A DNA stretch of 64,000 bases from Candidatus Latescibacterota bacterium (lineage in GTDB: Bacteria > Latescibacterota > UBA2968 > SICM01), in NCBI GenBank assembly GCA_965217865.1, contig CBDCJO010000002.1, forward strand, positions 2,688,001-2,752,000, read 5' to 3'. Shown here one piece after another: positions 58,525-64,000 of this stretch. How positions within the stretch are numbered: the stretch's first letter is position 1; each line of letters opens with the position of its first letter. The notes below the pieces were generated by a model that worked only from the letters and a program-made list of their open reading frames with translations, searched no databases and was not told the origin of the DNA. A program made the translations under genes and the position numbers.

Positions 58525-60638
58525 ACTAGTTGGCCGTCGCCCTTCAGAGATAAGCCGAAGCCCAGTTGAACGTTGGCGTCCTCGGGATAGATCCGCACCG
58601 CATCCCGATAGTGCCGGAGGGCCTCATCGAGACGCCCCTGCAAAAGGTAGACATAGGCGAGATCTGCGTGCATCATAGGAAGATCCGGATTGAGACGGAT
58701 CGCCTCCTGATAATGTACGATCGCGCTGTCCAGTTGCCCCTTGGCCTCATAGAGTTTTCCCATGTTGTATCGCATTTCAGCGTTGTGAGGCGAAACCTGA
58801 AGGGCGGCCCGGAATTCCTGCTCGGCGAGTTCCGGTTTTCCCATCTGCAGATAGATCGCTCCGATATAGTCCCGGATATAGTTCGCGCTCGGACAGAGGT
58901 TCAGGGCGGTTTGACAATGGACAAGCGCATCCCGGAACCTTCCCTGCTTCAGGTAGACGAATCCGAGACCCTCGTGCGCGTACCAGGTATGGGGGGCTAC
59001 GGTGAGGGTCTGTCGATAGGCCTCTTCCGCTTCGGTATACCGCTCCAGATTTTGCAGGGCAAGACCTTTGAAAAACACCAGGTCGGAGCGGAAGGACCCG
59101 TATCGATTCGCCCGTTCGACCTCGGATAGGACAGCAGGCCAGCTCTTTTCTGACACCCCCCAGGAGAAAGCACCCAAATAGTGCCTGTCGAAACCGATCC
59201 GTCGCCGTGAGAGTTCTGCGCCGGCGGCGGATATGAAAAAAAGCGCACAAAGGATCGATCCTCTGATGACCGATCGGCTGGGGAGGATCCGACTTTCGGC
59301 CGTGGCCCCGGCCGCGATGCCGAATAGGAAGAAGGGAAACATTGCGGTTTGGGCTTGCTCCTTGGGGAATCCGAAGCACGCGGCCCCCAGGATCGACAGG
59401 ATCGAAGGTGCAAACATCGGGGCGGCGAGTTGATGAAATCGATCCCGGACCAAAGCCATTTTAAGCAGACACCTGAAGCCTGCCAGGAGAAACCAGATGT
59501 AGATGCCCAGGCCGATCAAACCGTATTCAGCGCCTATCCATAAATAGTCGTTGTGGGGTTTTCGGTGATATCCTTCGGTGGTAATCGTCTGGCCCCCATC
59601 ATACAGGGGATGTTTCCGGATCCACCCACCCGGACCGACACCAAACAGGGGATGGTCGGAGATCATTCTCAGCGTGCTCCCCCAAAACGCGAGACGCTCA
59701 GTGATGCCGGCATCTTTGAGTTCCTCCTTTTTAAACACCGACAGTGCTGTTGTGGCGATGCCGGTCTTGACATCGGGAACGGATCTGTGGCTTCGATGGG
59801 GAGGCAGTGCGGAGAGGATCACGAACATGATCAGGAGTCCCAGTGAAAGGAACCGTTTCCGCCTGTCCATCCCCGAGCGGACGGCCTCCAAAAAAGGAGC
59901 TCGAATGCCCCGACAGAGGATGAGCACCGCCCCGATGATGATCAACGCAGCCACCACTGAGACCCAAGCCCCCCGCGTGCGCGTATAGACCAGATTTACC
60001 GCCATCAAAGTTCCGGCCAGTCCAGAGATGAGCGAGGCCTCCCAGCGGCGGACGAATAGATATAAAAGTCCGGACAGGGGAATGGCGCAGATCAGATACT
60101 CCGCAGCCAGGTTGCGGTTTGCGAAAGTCGCACTGGGAAGGGCGTTGGAGGGAATTCCTGAGAAAGCGAGTTGATGGTACTGCAAAATTCCGATCAGGGA
60201 AACGATCAAGCCGGCGACCGTGGAAGTCCATAAAACAGGGAGGAGGCCTTTCTGGGTGAGGCCGTTCGCAGCCAAAAAAAACAGGATGATCAGGGATGCC
60301 AGGTTGACGAGTTCAACAAGCGTGTCGACCGGATACGTGGTGGCATGGGCCGAAACCAGTCCGACGCCCAAAAAGCACAGCGCAGGCAGGTTGAGGGGAC
60401 TTGATACGAAACCCGCGTCCCTGCCCCATCCCATATGGACAAACCATCCGGCGCAGCCTATGGCCAGGCAGACTTGAAAGGCCAGCCACTTTGGCAGCAT
60501 GGCATACTCATAGATCCCCGGAATATAGACAACGGCAACCGTGAAGGACATCAAACAGAGGGCAGCGACCGTCACGATCGGGCCCGCTATGGAGAAGCGA
60601 TATCCTCCCGCTTCTATTTTTCGATCTTCCTCATGCAT
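58515..60638 (-). CDS. Wzy_C-TPR copy D, C-terminally truncated by IS1380
   Basis: Full membrane domain (SATFANRN, HPLFGVGPGGW, PHNDYLW) and TPRs; the stop codon is supplied by the IS end. Confidence 0.85.
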   Translation of the reverse strand: MHEEDRKIEAGGYRFSIAGPIVTVAALCLMSFTVAVVYIPGIYEYAMLPKWLAFQVCLAIGCAGWFVHMGWGRDAGFVSSPLNLPALCFLGVGLVSAHATTYPVDTLVELVNLASLIILFFLAANGLTQKGLLPVLWTSTVAGLIVSLIGILQYHQLAFSGIPSNALPSATFANRNLAAEYLICAIPLSGLLYLFVRRWEASLISGLAGTLMAVNLVYTRTRGAWVSVVAALIIIGAVLILCRGIRAPFLEAVRSGMDRRKRFLSLGLLIMFVILSALPPHRSHRSVPDVKTGIATTALSVFKKEELKDAGITERLAFWGSTLRMISDHPLFGVGPGGWIRKHPLYDGGQTITTEGYHRKPHNDYLWIGAEYGLIGLGIYIWFLLAGFRCLLKMALVRDRFHQLAAPMFAPSILSILGAACFGFPKEQAQTAMFPFFLFGIAAGATAESRILPSRSVIRGSILCALFFISAAGAELSRRRIGFDRHYLGAFSWGVSEKSWPAVLSEVERANRYGSFRSDLVFFKGLALQNLERYTEAEEAYRQTLTVAPHTWYAHEGLGFVYLKQGRFRDALVHCQTALNLCPSANYIRDYIGAIYLQMGKPELAEQEFRAALQVSPHNAEMRYNMGKLYEAKGQLDSAIVHYQEAIRLNPDLPMMHADLAYVYLLQGRLDEALRHYRDAVRIYPEDANVQLGFGLSLKGDGQLVLK

Positions 60639-62879
60639 TGTTCGATACGCCCGCTTACGAATCCAACCCGGACGGAATCCCCATGAGAGAGGTCCAGGTA
60701 GGTCCGGTAGGCCTCCAAGGCTTCCTTAAATTGACCGACTTCGTAAGAGACATTTCCCAGGGCTAAGTGGGCCTGCCCGAGGCCGGGTCGAAGCCCGATC
60801 GCCCGGCGGTATGCCCCGATCGCTTCCTCTGCATGACCTTCTGCTTTCAGCGCGAGACCAAACCCCAGCTGAACATTGGCGTCATCGGGGTACGCCTGAA
60901 CGGCCTTCCTGTAGTGCGCGAGGGCGACCCCCGTGCCTCCCTGAAGAAGATGGGCATACGCCAGGTTGGCGTGGGGCTCGGAGCGTTCTGGAGCAAGCCG
61001 TAGGGCTTCCTGGAAATACACGATCCCGCTGTCGAGCTGCCCCCGTGCCTGATGGAGTTTTCCCAGGTCCAGGTGGGTTTCAGAATCATCAGGGAGGGTG
61101 TGAAGCGCCGCCCGAAACGCCTGTTCCGCTCTGTCGAGTTCTCCCATCCGTCTGTAGATCTTTCCGATATAACCATGAATATAATTTGCATCCGGACAGA
61201 TGGACAAGGCCGTTTGAAAAGGCGTAAGGCCTTCCTGGAAACGGTCCTGCTTCAGGTAGGAGAACCCAAGGCCTTCGTGGGCATACCAGGCGTGCGGCGT
61301 ATAATCCAGGTTCTGCTTGTAAGTCTCCTCCGCCTCGATGTAGCGTTCAAGGTTCTGCAGGGCAAGACCTTTGAAAAACAGGATGTCGGATCTAAAATTT
61401 CCGTATTCCAGAGCGTGTTCGGTTTCCGATAAAACCGATTCCCACTTCCCTTCCGAGTCGGACGCTCCCCAGGAATAGGCGAGAATGAAGTGTCGGTCGA
61501 AGCCCATACGGCGCCGGGTGATTTCTGCCCCACTTGCCGGGAGAATGACCAGGAGGGCCAAAAGGCCCCGCCCGAGCCACGGGGATCGGAGCTGCGCGCT
61601 TCCCCGGTTCGTTCTCCCGGCAGCGATCCCGAAAAGGAGATACGGAAACATGGCCGTTGGAGGTTGATCTTTCGGAAAACCAAAAAACCCCGCTCCAAGG
61701 AGGGAGAGGATGGAAATCGCGAACATCAACCCCGCAATGCGCGATAAGGCATCGGAGTTGAGGACCATGCCACGAAGGCACTTGAACCCCGCGGCCAAGA
61801 ACCAGATATAAACCCCCAGCCCGATCAGGCCGTATTCAGACCCGATCCAGAGAAGGTCATTGTGGGGACGCTTGTGATAGCCTTTGGTGGTAATCGTTTC
61901 TCCGTTGTCATAGAGCGGATGGGTCCGCACCCACCCCCCGGGCCCGACCCCCAAAAAGGGGTGGTCGGCCAACATCCGCTTTTGTCCCGAGTTGGCCGCT
62001 CACACTCTGGGGGGGAAGACTTGAGAGGACGACGAACAGGATCAGGTATCCCATCCCCAGAATTCGTTTCCGTCGGTCGATTACGGACATCAGGGTGTCC
62101 AGCACCTGTTTCCGCAATCCTTTCCAGACGAACAGGAGGACGCCAACACCCAGAAGGGCACCGAACATCCCGACCCAGGAGCCGCGAGCGCGCGTGTAGA
62201 CAAGAAAAGTTCCCATCAAGGCCCACGAGAGGCCGGACAGGTGAAGGGAGGCCCGATTCCGGGAAGCGAGGAAGAGAATCATTGATAATGGGATAGTGCA
62301 GACCAGGTATTCTGCCGCAAAGTTTCGGTTCGCGAAAGTTGCGCTTGGAGGGGCCGCAGAGGGAATATCGAAAAAAGTCAGATCGTTAAACTGAAGAACG
62401 CCGATCGATCCTATGACCATGCCCGTGGCCGTGCAAGTCCATAAAATCGGCCTTGTTTCCTGAAACGATAAGGCATTGGAGACGACGAGAAACAATACGA
62501 TAAGGATACCCTGGTTTGCGAGTTCAACCAGGGTATCCAGGGGATGGGTGGTCTTCCAGGAGGAGAGAATGGCCACCCCAAAAAAACAGATCAATGGAAG
62601 GATAAGGGGCGTATGGATCAGGTGGACTCGCCGGCCCAATCCCGATCGGACAAGCCAGCCCAAACAGGCCAGGGTGAGGCAGAAATATAGGGCGAATACC
62701 TTTGGAGCGAGAGCATATTCATAAATCCAGGGGAGGTAGATCAGGTTGACCGAGGGGATCATCAGGCAGAGTGGGACAACAACCCCGTAACCGGACGGTT
62801 TGTCCCCCGCCTCGTTTTGAATTCTTCTATTCGAAGAAGGGTTCAGTCCGTGGCCTGTTGTTTTATCCTTATTTCGCAA
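60614..62879 (-). pseudogene. Wzy_C-TPR copy E, frameshifted by an internal deletion near 61975
   Basis: The N-half ends ...GTKADV and the C-half starts RMLADHP in another frame; about 25 codons present in paralogs are missing. Confidence 0.85.
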
Positions 62880-64000
62880 TCCACAACCCGGTCATGAGCG
62901 AATCGTGTGAAAGACGGATCCCCCCTCCAATGATTCAAGAAGGTCCGGTAAGCCTCCAAGGCATCCGAATACCGACCCTGGTCGAAGAAAAGATTTCCCA
63001 GGGAAAACGAGCCTTGAGCGAATCCCGGTTGGATCTCGACCGCTTTCCTGAGTGCGGCTTCCGCCTCGGGCAGGCGTCCTGCGGCCTCAAGAGAGAGCCC
63101 AAGACCCCATTGGATGGCCTGTTTATCCGGGAAAGCCCGGACAGCCTCCAGGTAGTGGGGGAGGGCTTCCTTGAGACGGCCTTGTATCCGGTAGATGTCT
63201 GCCAGGTTGGTGTGGGTGTAAGGAAGCGGGTCGATGCGAAGGGCTTTCTGGTATTCGACGATCGCACTGTCGGGCTGATTCATGGCCACAAAGAGATTGC
63301 CCAGATAGTGGTGCGCCCGGACATCCCTCGGGTCTGCCTTGAGAACAGTCCGAATCTCCTCGAGGGCGCGGGGCAGATCCCCCATCTGATGGTGGACCAT
63401 CGCCAGATTGCTTCGCACATCGAGGGCGTCTGGACAGATGGACAGCGCGACCTGGAAGTGAGAAAGGGCTTCATCGAGCCGGCCCTGCTGTAAATAGACC
63501 GAGCCCAATCCCGAGTGAATGCGCCAGGCATGAGGCGTATACCCCAGGGCGCGCAGGTAAGTCTCCCCCGCTTCCTCAAGTCGCTCCAAGTGCTGCAGGG
63601 CCACACCCTTGAAGGCCAGGATGTGGGGACGGAAAAGACCATTTTCCAAGGCTCGGGGGAACTCTTCCAGGAGGCCGGGCCAGTCCCTCCGGACCTTTCC
63701 CAGATAGAGTGTGTTGAGATAATGCCGGTCGAACCGGACCCGGAACCAGGAGAGTCCGACCCCACTCAACAATACGATAAGCAGAGGCACGAGGATGAAA
63801 AGGCCTTTCTTTCGGAGGTCGATCGGATCCCCCCCAGTAGCCCCCGCAATTATTCCAAAGGCCAAGAAAACAAACATCGTAGCCTGGGGGTGTTCCCTCG
63901 GGAATCCGAAGAAAGAAGTTCCCAGATACGACAGGATGCAGATGGCCAACATAACTCCCAAGATTCGGGAATCGGGTAGGGGATGCCGGGCAAGTTGGAA
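62843..64000 (-). CDS. Wzy_C-TPR copy F (5' part outside window)
   Basis: FFGFPREHPQ, FDRHYL, FRPHIL, TPRs; the frame is open to the window edge. Confidence 0.82.
   Translation of the reverse strand, partial: FQLARHPLPDSRILGVMLAICILSYLGTSFFGFPREHPQATMFVFLAFGIIAGATGGDPIDLRKKGLFILVPLLIVLLSGVGLSWFRVRFDRHYLNTLYLGKVRRDWPGLLEEFPRALENGLFRPHILAFKGVALQHLERLEEAGETYLRALGYTPHAWRIHSGLGSVYLQQGRLDEALSHFQVALSICPDALDVRSNLAMVHHQMGDLPRALEEIRTVLKADPRDVRAHHYLGNLFVAMNQPDSAIVEYQKALRIDPLPYTHTNLADIYRIQGRLKEALPHYLEAVRAFPDKQAIQWGLGLSLEAAGRLPEAEAALRKAVEIQPGFAQGSFSLGNLFFDQGRYSDALEAYRTFLNHWRGDPSFTRFAHDRVVDCEIRIKQQATD

Noticed and set aside
50766-64000. Shufflon or diversity-generating retroelement acting on the Wzy_C array
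   Set aside because: No recombinase or reverse transcriptase in the window, no shared inverted crossover sites at the inversion ends, and the inversion lost sequence, so it is not reversible

Overview
This is 64 kb of a GC-rich bacterial chromosome. An FCB-group/Latescibacterota-like origin is a guess from gene content only. Left to right: the 3' part of mutS; two GT-C-type membrane glycosyltransferases; a MerR-led sufBCDSU-sufT operon; an unusual nuoB-cysE-nuoB-nuoI unit; the reverse-strand yggS-yggT-divIVA-DUF167-PNP-ileS-dksA-lspA-rluD block; a STAS/wHTH-nurA-HAS-herA operon; two disrupted genes (dsbA-like and metE-like); a five-gene two-component cluster with an internal sigma54 promoter; ppdK; tRNA-Lys(UUU); and a cysC-cysH-cysM-mec-GGR-cysO-cysK sulfur cluster. 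The last 13 kb is a tandem array of at least six overlapping O-antigen-ligase (Wzy_C)-TPR paralogs. Four of these carry a different lesion: an in-frame 33-bp duplication, an inversion with flanking deletions, an IS1380 insertion and a microhomology deletion. The best candidates for an undescribed system are (i) a sulfur/Fe-S locus where a Cys-tailed MerR regulator heads suf and the Fe-S subunits of complex I flank cysE, (ii) the Wzy_C-TPR array, and (iii) a CysO/Mec cysteine pathway containing an unexplained GGR-family flavoprotein. All calls come from motif recognition by eye; no searches were run.
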